64,000 nt of DNA from the NCBI GenBank assembly GCA_965203835.1, contig OZ241919.1:2359101-2423100 (forward strand). The letters are read 5' to 3'. A program made the position numbers and the translations under genes. Below the pieces are notes generated by a model. The model saw nothing but the letters and a program-made list of their open reading frames with translations, had not been told where the DNA came from and ran no database searches. Shown here one piece after another: positions 45,639-55,009 of this stretch. The DNA comes from Dehalococcoidia bacterium. Lineage in GTDB: Bacteria > Chloroflexota > Dehalococcoidia > Lucifugimonadales > UBA3495. How positions within the stretch are numbered: the stretch's first letter is position 1; each line of letters starts with the position of its first letter.

Positions 45639-47215
45639 ACCTGCACGGTAGATAGAACCGCATCGGGAAGGGCCACCTTGTCGGTGGCCTTTCCCGGCGC
45701 CAGGCTATCGCTGGGCATGGGCACGGTGTAGCGCATCAGGGCGTCGCCGGGCACCACGAGAATCTCCTTGACGAAGGTCTCGATGAAGGCCCGCCGCTCG
45801 GTAAGCTCGCTCTCCTCCAGGAAGTCCTTCATCTCCCTTGCGTAGGCGGCGACGGCGTTCACGTCGTCCAGCACCTTCCGCCGCTGGGCCAGGGCGCTCC
45901 TGGCCTCCTCCGCCGAGCATTCCAGCCGGTCCTGCCGCTCCCTGAGTTCGCGGATGCGGGGCCTGAAGTCGTCCACCTCCATGTCGGTGGTCTCCACCAG
46001 GTTGTAGAGCCTGCCCAGCCGCTGGCGCACGTCGTTCAGCTCCGCATCGATGGTCTCCAGCCGCTTGCGCTGCTCCCGGGTGACGCCGCCCATCTCCGAC
46101 TCCACCACCTTCACCAGATCGCGGATGCTGTCCTCGGTGAGGATGTTGGAGCGAATCCGGTTGACCACCAGCTCCTCGAAGCGGCGGGCGTTCAGGGTGG
46201 GAGTAGGGCAGGCGTCCCGGCCGACCTTGATGTTGGTGGGGCAGACGTAATAGGCGTACTGGCCGCTCTTGGCGAAGCGTCCGGTGAGGGGCGAGTCGCA
46301 GACCTTGCACCGGGCCAGGCCGCTGAGCAGGTAGGAGCTTCCGACCCGGCGGGGGTTCCTGACCTTGGGGGCGCGGGAGCGCATCTGCCGGTTCACCTTG
46401 CGGAACTGGGTCTTCGTCACGATGGAGGGAAAGGCCTTCTCCACCCTGACCGGCTCGCCCTTGTCCTTGGCGCCTTCGCCCCATACCAAAGTGCCGGTGT
46501 AAGCCTCGTTGGTGAGGATGCCGTGGACGCTGGTCTTGCCCCAGAGCTTTCCCCTGGGGCTGGCTATGCCCTCGCCGTTGAGGATGCGGGTGATTTCCTG
46601 GGTGCCCCTGGCAGCCTCGGCCAGGTCGAAGATGCGCTTCACGATGCGGGAGGAGTCCGGGTTGACCTCCAGGGTGGGGCGCTTCTTGGGGCCGTCCTGG
46701 ACCATGACCCGGTTGTAGCCGAAGGGGGCGTGGCTGGAGACCCAGAAGCCACGGGAGGCGGCCTCGCGCATTCCCCGCAAAACTTCGGTGGCAAGATTTT
46801 CGCTATAAAACTCGTCCACGGACTCGATGATGGCCTCCATCAGCTTGCCGGTGGGGGTGTCGTCGGCGTGCTCGGTGATGGAGACCACGCGAATGCCCTT
46901 CCTGCGGAGCATGGACTTGAAGGCCACGGCGTGCTCCCGCTTGCGGGTGAAGCGGGAAAATTTCCAGACCAAAATCTCGCGGAAAGGGGCCTGGGACCTG
47001 CTGGCCTCGTCGATCATCCTGCGGAACTCGGGCCTATCGGCGACCCTGCCGCTCTCGGCCTCGTCCACGAACTCGCGGACCACGGTGTAGCCGTTCCTGG
47101 CGGCGTGCTCACGCAGAGCGCGTAGCTGGGCGGCGACGGAGAGGTCCACGTCCTGGCGGTCACTGGACACCCGGGCGTAGAGGGCCACGGGAGTGTTGTC
47201 GTATCGTTCATTCAT
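45623..47215 (-). CDS. Large serine recombinase (integrase)
   Basis: The N-terminal resolvase domain ALYARVSSDRQ has the catalytic Ser motif. A recombinase domain, a Cys-containing zinc ribbon (CKVCDSP...YYVCP) and a long coiled coil follow. Confidence 0.9.
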   Translation of the reverse strand: MNERYDNTPVALYARVSSDRQDVDLSVAAQLRALREHAARNGYTVVREFVDEAESGRVADRPEFRRMIDEASRSQAPFREILVWKFSRFTRKREHAVAFKSMLRRKGIRVVSITEHADDTPTGKLMEAIIESVDEFYSENLATEVLRGMREAASRGFWVSSHAPFGYNRVMVQDGPKKRPTLEVNPDSSRIVKRIFDLAEAARGTQEITRILNGEGIASPRGKLWGKTSVHGILTNEAYTGTLVWGEGAKDKGEPVRVEKAFPSIVTKTQFRKVNRQMRSRAPKVRNPRRVGSSYLLSGLARCKVCDSPLTGRFAKSGQYAYYVCPTNIKVGRDACPTPTLNARRFEELVVNRIRSNILTEDSIRDLVKVVESEMGGVTREQRKRLETIDAELNDVRQRLGRLYNLVETTDMEVDDFRPRIRELRERQDRLECSAEEARSALAQRRKVLDDVNAVAAYAREMKDFLEESELTERRAFIETFVKEILVVPGDALMRYTVPMPSDSLAPGKATDKVALPDAVLSTVQVGGPG

Positions 47216-47489
47216 CTGTGTTTCCTCCTGTCGTTTCGTCCTGCCCTGTCAACCGGGAGCGCAGCCGCTCCAAACGGGCCTGGCGGCGAAGCTCCCTATC
47301 TTCCATGTACAATCGGAGGGCCTCGCGCACCAATTCGCTCATGTCGCGGCCCTCTTCCTCCCTGACCCGCTGCACCTGCTCGAACATATCGGGAGGGAGC
47401 GAGAAGGTAATGGTCCTGGAAATGCGTCGTGGGGGCATGGCGTCTCTTTTTTGCCTGTCAATGTATGGGGTTGTCTTACTATCTATCAT
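47208..47489 (-). CDS. Ribbon-helix-helix (CopG/MetJ-like) protein, overlaps the recombinase start by 8 nt
   Basis: ITFSLPPDMFEQVQRVREEEGRDMSELVREALRLYM is a classic RHH sequence. Confidence 0.75.
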   Translation of the reverse strand: MIDSKTTPYIDRQKRDAMPPRRISRTITFSLPPDMFEQVQRVREEEGRDMSELVREALRLYMEDRELRRQARLERLRSRLTGQDETTGGNTDE

Positions 47490-47545
47490 CGGACATCCGG
47501 CCTTCCCTTGTCAAGAGACGGCGCGTCTCGATGGGGTGAAGAACT

Positions 47546-47569
47546 GCGGCCCAGCAAAGGCTGGGCCGC
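47546..47569 (-). terminator. Stable hairpin between the small ORF and the RHH gene (possible terminator)
   Basis: Perfect 10-bp stem GCGGCCCAGC/GCTGGGCCGC with a 4-nt loop. The T-tract is weak. Confidence 0.3.
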
Positions 47570-47617
47570 CTATGGTTGTGGTGTTCATCGCTCCTGCTGC
47601 CGGGTTCGGGAAAGGCA

Positions 47618-47836
47618 TCAGCCCTCCGCCTCCGGCCCCTTTTCGGCCGGGACTTGTCCGCCCTGCTGGCGCAGGTAGGAGCGGATGGCGACCCTGGCCC
47701 AGATGCGCAGCCCGTTGCGCAGCAACCGCCGCTGCTCCGGCGTGTAGGACACCTCCGGGTTGTCGGGGTAGGGTTCGTTGTCCTGATTGTCGGGTATCTC
47801 CGGTATCTTCTTTCCTTTGTCGTCTTTCATTGGCAT
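47618..47836 (-). CDS. Small hypothetical protein
   Basis: 72 aa ORF with no motif. The coding call is weak. Confidence 0.3.
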   Translation of the reverse strand: MPMKDDKGKKIPEIPDNQDNEPYPDNPEVSYTPEQRRLLRNGLRIWARVAIRSYLRQQGGQVPAEKGPEAEG

Positions 47837-47954
47837 AATCGCAGCGGCCTTTCCCGGCTATCGGCCACGGGCCGCTGGCCTCTCGTCAGTGGTCTGGGGA
47901 CGGGCCGCCGGCGCGTGCGGACAGGGCGGGCGCCGGCGGTTCGTCTACCGGGGT

Positions 47955-48263
47955 CTATTCCTCCTTTTGCTCATCGTTGGGATTGGCCTGCCGGTCCTCG
48001 CCGGTGAGGATGTCCAGACCGCCCTTGACGCGGCGGGCGAAGCGGACCAGGGCCAGCATGGCGCCGCCGCAGGGCTCCACGCCCTGGCGCCAGCGGCGCA
48101 GCTGCTTGCGGTCCACGCCCAGGGCCCGGGCCATGCCGCTCCAGGTGAGGCCGCTGGCCTCCTTGAGCCGGACGATGCGGTCGGCGAAGTCCCGGGGGAG
48201 CACGCCGCTCTCGTGGTAAAACGGGCACCCCCGGCAGGGGTGCTCTTGGTCATGGGTCGTCAT
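47955..48263 (-). CDS. HTH domain protein with N-terminal Cys/His cluster
   Basis: The start is set at MTTHDQEHPCRGCPFYH (48263). The HTH is GLTWSGMARALGVDRKQLRRWRQG. Confidence 0.6.
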   Translation of the reverse strand: MTTHDQEHPCRGCPFYHESGVLPRDFADRIVRLKEASGLTWSGMARALGVDRKQLRRWRQGVEPCGGAMLALVRFARRVKGGLDILTGEDRQANPNDEQKEE

Positions 48264-48528
48264 CTTTGTCCTCCAATCGGAAAAGTTGGTGAAACTCATC
48301 CAGACCGAGGGCCCGGAGCATCCGGCTGCGGATGCGACCCGACGGCGCCCGCTCCCCGTTGACCAGCATGGATATGTAGCCTGGGCTGACGCCGATCTCC
48401 CGTGCCAGCCATTTCTGGGAGCGGTCGAGCAGGCCCAGCCGGTCCCAGAAAGCCGCCGCGTTGAGCCGGACAACGGTCCGCCCCCCGCGCCCCGAGGGGC
48501 CTCCCGGTGTCTTGAAGTTTGGGCACAT
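48250..48528 (-). CDS. XRE-family HTH regulator
   Basis: ATG at 48528 behind GGGAGGTG. The HTH is SQKWLAREIGVSPGYISMLVNGERAPS. Confidence 0.7.
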   Translation of the reverse strand: MCPNFKTPGGPSGRGGRTVVRLNAAAFWDRLGLLDRSQKWLAREIGVSPGYISMLVNGERAPSGRIRSRMLRALGLDEFHQLFRLEDKDDDP

Positions 48529-48565
48529 GGCGTTGCACCTCCCTATGGGATTCGGATGCCTTTCG

Positions 48566-50194
48566 TTACGGGAATGGATGGGCGGTTTCCCAACTGCCCG
48601 GCGTGCGCCAGGCACAGCCCAGCGGCCCAAGTTCTGCCACTGCCGCCCGGTGGGATACCCGCAGGGGGACCGCCACGCGGGCGCGTTCCATCTCCTCCAT
48701 TGCCACCCGCAGGAAGTGGCCGGCGGCGATGTCGTCGTCGAAGACCACCAGGACCTGGGGCCGGACGCCGTGGTCGTCGGCGGGACGGTGGGAGGAGTAG
48801 TAGCGCAGGTAGGGGGCGAGACGCTGGGCCATGGTCCCCGGCCTGACGGCGCGGCGCTCCCACTCCAGGAAGAAGGGCCGGGCGGCACCGTCCCGGCGCA
48901 GGAGGCCGAAGGCGTCGGGGTTGACCGAGCGCCAGCCGCCACCGTGACGGAAGCTGCGGGCGGCCCGGTGGGGCGGGTCCAGCAGGCAGACCTCCCAGCC
49001 CAACACTCGCGATTGCCGGACCAACGCGGCGAGAAAGGAATGGACGGCGGCGGTGTGCTCCAGGTTGCGGAACAGCTGCCGTACCCGCCTGCCGGAGACG
49101 TTGCGCCACGATGGGGGTTGCCCGGAGTTGACGGGTTCCACGCTCCACCGCTTCCTGGCGACGCCCACGGAGGTACGGTCCCTGCGGGCCAGCAGCGCCA
49201 ACCCCCGGTCGGCGAGGGCCTGGCGGCCCCCGCCGGCGGGAACGCGGGCCGCCAGGCCCAGGCTCTCCAGCGGTTCCATCAGACGGGAGGCGCGGGTCTC
49301 GGAGACGCCCATCAGCCCGGCCAGGTCCTTCTGCAGGATCCCGGGCCAGTCGGCCAGCAGGTCCAGGGCGCGCTTCTCGGCGGGCTTCAGCAGGGCAGGC
49401 AGTGCGGTTGCATCGTCCGGTGAGACGTCACTAGGCAGGTCAAGTTTCGACGGGGGCGGCTCGGTGGGAAGCTGACCGCCGGGGTGCAGCCTCTCCAGGG
49501 CCGACGGCAGGTCCAGGGCGGCGTTGGCCGAGGGGAGACGCCAGATGCGGTGTCCGGGTCCCGCCAGCGCCGCGTCGCGCTCCAGGGCCAGCAGGGCCGG
49601 CACGGGGTAGCGGGACAACAGCAGCCGCAGGTGGCGCAGCCGCACCTCGTCGGGGGCCAGCACCATGACAACACCGGGCAGCGGTCCCTGGCCCAGCCGC
49701 CACAGCCGCTTGGCGAAGCCGGTGCGGTCGGCGGTGCGTCCCTGCCGGAGGATTCCGATATAGCGTCCCCCGGGCAGGGCGATTCCGGCGTCCAGCGGAT
49801 GCGCCCGGTACCAGTTGAAACCCAGTGTCCGCCGTAGAGCCGCTATGGACGACGCCAGGGGGTAGATGACGGCCACGGAGTCCAGCCGTTCCAGCAGGCT
49901 GCGCTGCCATCGGGCGGACACGGGGTAGTTCCGGAGGATGTCGTCCGTCCCAGCGCCCTCCTGCTCGGCCAGCCGTCGCAGCCCGTCGGCGTTCAGGTGG
50001 AACCGGCGCGTAGGCGGCAACAGATCGGTGGCGTGGGAGATTGAATCGACAAAGCCGGCCTTCTCCATCCGGTCCACGGCCTCGTAGACTGCGCCCCGGG
50101 ACCGTCCGGCGACGGCGGCCAGCTCCAGCCGGCCCAGGAAGGGCATGCCCGCCAGCGCCCGCATCAGTTCCTGCTCGCTGGCTGCGGGCCTCAT
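48566..50194 (-). CDS. Two winged-helix domains + C-terminal replication-relaxation (Replic_Relax, PF13814-like) domain; candidate relaxase/initiator
   Basis: The start ATG at 50194 overlaps the T4CP stop (ATGA). wHTH segments are GRLELAAVAGRSRGAVYEAVDRMEKAGFV and ILQKDLAGLMGVSETRASRLMEPLESLGL. The C-terminal part has HTAAVHSFL...NPDAFGLL...FFLEWERRAV. Confidence 0.65.
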   Translation of the reverse strand: MRPAASEQELMRALAGMPFLGRLELAAVAGRSRGAVYEAVDRMEKAGFVDSISHATDLLPPTRRFHLNADGLRRLAEQEGAGTDDILRNYPVSARWQRSLLERLDSVAVIYPLASSIAALRRTLGFNWYRAHPLDAGIALPGGRYIGILRQGRTADRTGFAKRLWRLGQGPLPGVVMVLAPDEVRLRHLRLLLSRYPVPALLALERDAALAGPGHRIWRLPSANAALDLPSALERLHPGGQLPTEPPPSKLDLPSDVSPDDATALPALLKPAEKRALDLLADWPGILQKDLAGLMGVSETRASRLMEPLESLGLAARVPAGGGRQALADRGLALLARRDRTSVGVARKRWSVEPVNSGQPPSWRNVSGRRVRQLFRNLEHTAAVHSFLAALVRQSRVLGWEVCLLDPPHRAARSFRHGGGWRSVNPDAFGLLRRDGAARPFFLEWERRAVRPGTMAQRLAPYLRYYSSHRPADDHGVRPQVLVVFDDDIAAGHFLRVAMEEMERARVAVPLRVSHRAAVAELGPLGCAWRTPGSWETAHPFP

Positions 50195-52683
50195 GATTCG
50201 GACTCCTGGCCAGCGCCGTTCCGCCTCTCCGCCAGCAACTGCCGGTAGGCGCTCACCCGGCGTTCCCCCTCGGCCTCCCCGGGGGTGTTCCCGGCCGGGG
50301 GCGTGTAGGCGGCGACGGCGGCGCGGATGCGCTCGGCCACGGCCGGGTCGCCTCCCTCGGGCCGGCGCACCATCATGGAGAAGGCGGGCATCCGCTCCAC
50401 GCCCACGGTGGCCCGGACGTAGCAGTGGTGCACGTCCAGGGACGTGATGTCGTCCTCGGTCACCCGCTCCTTGCCCAGCTCCCACACCAGTTGCCTTGCG
50501 TCGCCGCCAGACACCTGGAAGACCGCCAGGCAGCCGACGTTGGCCAGGATGGTGTCCCGCATGGTGGGGGACAGGTCGTCCAGCTTGGCCAGGCTCTGGG
50601 TCGCCAGGATGAAACTGGCCCCGAACTTGCCCAGCTCGCTGAGCATGGACTCGTAGTCCACGCCGGGCATGGACTGCATCTCGTCCACGACGACGAGAGC
50701 GCCCCGGCGCTTGGAGAATGGCAGGCCGCCCTGCTCCCGGATCACCGCGTCCACCAGGTTGAGCAAAGACGCCCCCACCAGAGCGGCCACGTCCCGGCCC
50801 GCGGTTCCCTGGGCGGTGGACACCAGCAGGATGCCGCCGTCGAGAATCGTTTCCCGCAGGTCGATGGTGGAACGGGGCTGGCCCAGGATGGCCCGCGCCC
50901 GCTTGGACGATGCGTAGTAGGACAGCCTGGTCTGCACCGGGGCAAGGGCCTCGGCCCGGTACTGGCGGTGCCAGTTGCCGAAGTCCCGGGCCCACCACTC
51001 CAGCAGGTAGGGGTCGCTCACCTTCGCCAGCACCGAGTCGCGGAAGGCTGGGTCAGACAGAAGCCTGAGTCCGTCCAGGATGGTGTGCTGCTCCTCGGCG
51101 GCGGTGTCCGGGTGCTCGTTGGCCTCGTGCAGGGTCTTGACGGTGTGTTCCAGGATGGACTGCATCCTGGGCCCCCACTGGTCCCACAGGCCCCTTGCCA
51201 CCCGCACCACCGAGTCGGCGGTCCTGTCCCTATCGGCGAAGACCCGGGTGTCCAGCAGGTTGATGCCCGGGGCGCGGGTCTCGTCGGCCAGGTCGATGAG
51301 CCTAACCTTGTCCACAAGGGACTCCGGCACCTGCTCCAGGATGGCGGCCACCAGGTCGGCGTGGGGGTCCACGACGACAATGGCGTCGCCGTCCCTGCCT
51401 TCGGCTTTCTCCCGCAGCTTGTGGCTGACCACGTGGTGCATCAGGGTGGACTTGCCCATGCGGGTGCGGGCCACGTAGAGGTGGTGGCGCCGCAGCAGGT
51501 CCTCGGGGAAACGGACCTCCCTTTTCGCCCCGGCGGTGGTGTCGCCCACCAGGGCGCCGCCCCGGACGCCCCGGGCCGTGGGCAGCAGGCCCCTGGCCCC
51601 GGACCGCTCCACCAGCGGCGTCTCGTCTCCCGCCCCCGGCGGGTGCCAGAGGCAGGCGACCTCGCGTACGCCCAGGACGCTGCGCCTGCCAAACAAACCG
51701 GGGCCAGTTGGATGCAGGCTGGCGGCGGGCAGCGGGTCCCTCACGTCCCCCACCCGGAACCCCGCCCCGGCCGGGTGGTCGTAGTGGCGGTAGGCGGCGG
51801 CCACCGGGGTCAAGAGCTCGCCGGCCCTGGGGAGGCGGGTGGTCCCGGGGATGATGGCGGTGACCTGAAGCTCGGCGTCGAAGGCCACGCGGGATACCTT
51901 CTCCCGGATCAGCATGGGGTCGTAGACCCGGTTCCTGGCCTGCTTCCAGCGCCACCAGCCCCAGCCCGCCACGGTGAGACCCGCCGCAGTTCCGACCCCC
52001 AGCAGCGCCGCCTTCCAGGTCTCGCCGTCCTGCACCCACAGGTAGCCCTTGAGGGCCGCCAGGGCGCCCACGCCCAGCACGGCCATGGTAACGCCGTCCA
52101 GTTGCAGGGGCCTGGTCTGGTAGGTGTAGGAGGGTTCCCGGTTGTCGGCTACTGCGGGCCGGTGGGCGCGGGCCTGGTGGCGCTGGGACCAGTCGGGGCC
52201 CAGGGAGCGCAGCAGCAACCGGGCCACGACGCGCTCCCCCTCTCTCAGGTTGGACAGGGCGCCGATGACCGCCAGCAGGGGGTCGGAGCCCGGGTCCAGC
52301 AGGTCGTCGTCCCGGAAGGTGCGCAGGGGGACGTACTCCGGGCCGTCCACCCGCAGGGTCAGAGCTCCGGCCTGCTCGTCCTCCCGCACGGTCAGGGGGT
52401 CTTCCTCGGGCGGGACCTCCCGGATGCGGGCCTGGGGGTAGTGGGCGGCCACCTGGCTGCGCACCACCTGGTCGTCCCGGCAGCGGACCAGCAGGGTCAC
52501 GCCGTCCATGTCCCCGGCCAGCTCCAGGGAGAAGGGTTCGGGAACGGCGATGGACTGGAGCAGGTTCTCCACGCCCAAAAGGGTGCGTTCGCCGGTGCGG
52601 GGCGGCGTCACCGCCAGCAGTACCGGGTCGCCTTGACGGCGGTTGCCGAAGAGTATGTTTTTCGGGTTCAGATTCAGTCTCAT
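50191..52683 (-). CDS. Type IV coupling protein-like ATPase (VirD4/TraD/HerA-like) with N-terminal extension
   Basis: Walker A ARTRMGKST, Walker B LVVVDEMQ and FILATQSLAKL. Two TM helices lie around aa 205-250, preceded by a roughly 200-aa soluble region. Confidence 0.8.
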   Translation of the reverse strand: MRLNLNPKNILFGNRRQGDPVLLAVTPPRTGERTLLGVENLLQSIAVPEPFSLELAGDMDGVTLLVRCRDDQVVRSQVAAHYPQARIREVPPEEDPLTVREDEQAGALTLRVDGPEYVPLRTFRDDDLLDPGSDPLLAVIGALSNLREGERVVARLLLRSLGPDWSQRHQARAHRPAVADNREPSYTYQTRPLQLDGVTMAVLGVGALAALKGYLWVQDGETWKAALLGVGTAAGLTVAGWGWWRWKQARNRVYDPMLIREKVSRVAFDAELQVTAIIPGTTRLPRAGELLTPVAAAYRHYDHPAGAGFRVGDVRDPLPAASLHPTGPGLFGRRSVLGVREVACLWHPPGAGDETPLVERSGARGLLPTARGVRGGALVGDTTAGAKREVRFPEDLLRRHHLYVARTRMGKSTLMHHVVSHKLREKAEGRDGDAIVVVDPHADLVAAILEQVPESLVDKVRLIDLADETRAPGINLLDTRVFADRDRTADSVVRVARGLWDQWGPRMQSILEHTVKTLHEANEHPDTAAEEQHTILDGLRLLSDPAFRDSVLAKVSDPYLLEWWARDFGNWHRQYRAEALAPVQTRLSYYASSKRARAILGQPRSTIDLRETILDGGILLVSTAQGTAGRDVAALVGASLLNLVDAVIREQGGLPFSKRRGALVVVDEMQSMPGVDYESMLSELGKFGASFILATQSLAKLDDLSPTMRDTILANVGCLAVFQVSGGDARQLVWELGKERVTEDDITSLDVHHCYVRATVGVERMPAFSMMVRRPEGGDPAVAERIRAAVAAYTPPAGNTPGEAEGERRVSAYRQLLAERRNGAGQESES

Positions 52684-52767
52684 ATCGTGCTTCCTTTCAA
52701 CTCCTATCGGGTTGGTTGTTGGTATGGGTGTTTCCGTCCGCTGCGGGTGTCCGCCGCTGCTTGTCGG

Positions 52768-54987
52768 CTAGTGCCTGGGTCCGGGCCGCCACTCGATGAC
52801 CTCGGTCTCCTCGGGGGTGGCCTCGATGCGGATGGGAAAGCGGTTGCCCCGGGCCAGCAGCAGCCCGTCGCCCCGGGGACATGACAGGAGCCAGCGCTGC
52901 AGCTCCACCGGCAGGTCGAAGGCTTCGCCCACGGTGCTGACGGCGGCGGCGTCCTGCTGGAGCAGGAGCTTGAAGGCGGCATTCTGCAAGAGCGCCCGCC
53001 CGGAATGGCCGGTGATGGTGCGGGAACTGTCCTCGGAGAGGAGGTCCTGCACGTCCTGGGTGATGAACTGGAGTCCCAGCCGGTGCTTGCGGGCGCGCTT
53101 GGCCATGCTGACCATGAAGGCCGCGCCCTCGGGGTGCTGCATGATGCTCCACACCTCGTCCACCACCAGCAGGCGGGGCCGGGGATTCTGGGCGGCGGCG
53201 GCCCACACCGTCTCGGTGCATACCATCGCCGCCGCCGGTCTCAGTTCCGGTTCCAGCAAGTGCAGGTCGAACACCGTCACCAACGCTTCGTGGGCCAGCA
53301 GGTCGTCGCCCTCGTCGGAAAGCAGGTGGCGCAGGCTTCCCGTGGCGAAGGGCCTGAGCAGATGGGCGATGTCTGCCGCCTCTCCTTCCAGGTAGGCGTA
53401 GAAGTCGCGGAATCCGGTGCGCTCCCGTTTCTCGGCGTAGTAGGTGGCCAGGGCCGCGTCCAGGCTAGATCTCCGCTCGGCGCCGAGGCGTTCCCCCACC
53501 ATCACCTCGATGAGGCGGCGCAGGCTGCCGATGCGCTGCAACAGTTCCTCGCTGTCGCCCCGGTCGATGACAAAGGGGTTCATCCCCTGGCCGGGCACGC
53601 CGGGCGACAGTACCCTGCCGCCCGCCGCCCTTGCCATGTCGGCATACTCGCCCTCCGGATCGATTACGTAGGCCCGCACGCCCCGGCACAGGCCCCGCAG
53701 CACGCCCAGCTTGGTGGCGAAGGACTTGCCGGAGCCGGAGCGGGCCAATACTGCCGTATTGGCATTGAGGTGGGTGCCGTCGAAGGGGTCGTATACCACC
53801 GGGGCGCAGGCCCTGAGATCAATGCCGTAGAGGGTGCCGGAACGGGTGTCCAGGTCCGGTGGCGAGAAGGGGAACAGCCTTGCCAATGACGACGTATCCA
53901 GGGTCCGCCACACCGCCACGGCGTTCAGGCCCAGGGGCAACGTGGAAAGCAGACCCTCCCGCTGGCGGAAGGACAGGTTGTCCAACTTGCCCAACGTGGC
54001 GGCGAAGTGGGCGCGGGCTTTTTGCGTGAGGTCCCTGAGCGTTTCGGAGTCGGCGGCGTGCAATGTAACGGACAGAGAGGCGTGGAACAGGCGCTCCCGG
54101 CCCCGCTGCACCTCGTCCCTGAGGCGGCTCACGTCCTCCAGGGCGATCTCCGCCTCCGGCGACAGGGAGCGGCCCCGCTTGAAGGACAGGGATTGCGCCG
54201 ACTCGAACCGGACCTTCTGCCACTCCAGGGTACGGGCCGCCTGCTCCGCCGGGATGGCGCCCAAATGCACCGACAGGTCCATGGGCGCCCCGGTGGCCAT
54301 CAGCCCTTGCAGGAAGCCCGGCGCCAAAGAACGGGGCCACTTGCCCAGGTGCAGGGAGCGGACCAGCCGGTTGCCGATGCGGATGTCGCGGCGGTTGACC
54401 TCGACTTCCAGTTCGGCGTCCTCGTCCCTTTCCACCGGCGAGCCGCCCAGGGTTGCCGACAGCCAGAACTGGCGCAGGGGTTCTCCCACCAGGGGAAACA
54501 CCCCCAGCCCGCCCCGGGCCAGCAGCCCGTGCAGCTCGTCCATCCGGCTGTGCTCGCACACGGCGTAGAACCGCCGGTCCAGGATGCCTTCGCGGGTCTC
54601 CAATGTGGTCAGGAGCCTGCCCAGGCTATCGGCGGCCTGCCTGGTCTGTTCCGGCAGGTCGTCCGGCTGGGCCGCCATCAGGTTGTTGCGCAGGGTTGAA
54701 AGCACCGGCGGGTGCTGGCGCACCAGCAGTTGCACCGGAAAGTCCAGGGCGTTCAGGGAACCGGCGAAGGCGCCCAGCTTGGGCTCGTCCATCTCCAGCC
54801 CCATCACCTCGCTGACCGCCAGCTTCACCCCGTCCAGCCGCACCGGCCCGTCGTCTTCCAGGTGGGACAGCATGAAGAGCAGGGTCAGGTCCGGCGGCGG
54901 CTTGGGCGGTTCGGGGACAGCATCCGTCGCATCCACGGGTGGGCTGCGCTTGATAATCCCCTTGATGTTGGGTAGTGGTGTTTTCAT
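52768..54987 (-). CDS. VirB4/TrsE-family conjugation ATPase
   Basis: Walker A ARSGSGKSF, Walker B LLVVDEVW and ITQDVQDLL. The N-terminal domain is typical of VirB4-type proteins. Confidence 0.85.
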   Translation of the reverse strand: MKTPLPNIKGIIKRSPPVDATDAVPEPPKPPPDLTLLFMLSHLEDDGPVRLDGVKLAVSEVMGLEMDEPKLGAFAGSLNALDFPVQLLVRQHPPVLSTLRNNLMAAQPDDLPEQTRQAADSLGRLLTTLETREGILDRRFYAVCEHSRMDELHGLLARGGLGVFPLVGEPLRQFWLSATLGGSPVERDEDAELEVEVNRRDIRIGNRLVRSLHLGKWPRSLAPGFLQGLMATGAPMDLSVHLGAIPAEQAARTLEWQKVRFESAQSLSFKRGRSLSPEAEIALEDVSRLRDEVQRGRERLFHASLSVTLHAADSETLRDLTQKARAHFAATLGKLDNLSFRQREGLLSTLPLGLNAVAVWRTLDTSSLARLFPFSPPDLDTRSGTLYGIDLRACAPVVYDPFDGTHLNANTAVLARSGSGKSFATKLGVLRGLCRGVRAYVIDPEGEYADMARAAGGRVLSPGVPGQGMNPFVIDRGDSEELLQRIGSLRRLIEVMVGERLGAERRSSLDAALATYYAEKRERTGFRDFYAYLEGEAADIAHLLRPFATGSLRHLLSDEGDDLLAHEALVTVFDLHLLEPELRPAAAMVCTETVWAAAAQNPRPRLLVVDEVWSIMQHPEGAAFMVSMAKRARKHRLGLQFITQDVQDLLSEDSSRTITGHSGRALLQNAAFKLLLQQDAAAVSTVGEAFDLPVELQRWLLSCPRGDGLLLARGNRFPIRIEATPEETEVIEWRPGPRH

Positions 54988-55009
54988 TTCTCTTATCTCC
55001 TTGTTTCTC

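Noticed and set aside
50195-50998. N-terminal 268 aa of the 810-aa track ORF 48566..50998
   Set aside because: It is an out-of-frame overlap with the 3' part of the T4CP gene and is Arg/Gly/Pro-rich. The real start is the ATG at 50194, coupled to the T4CP stop.
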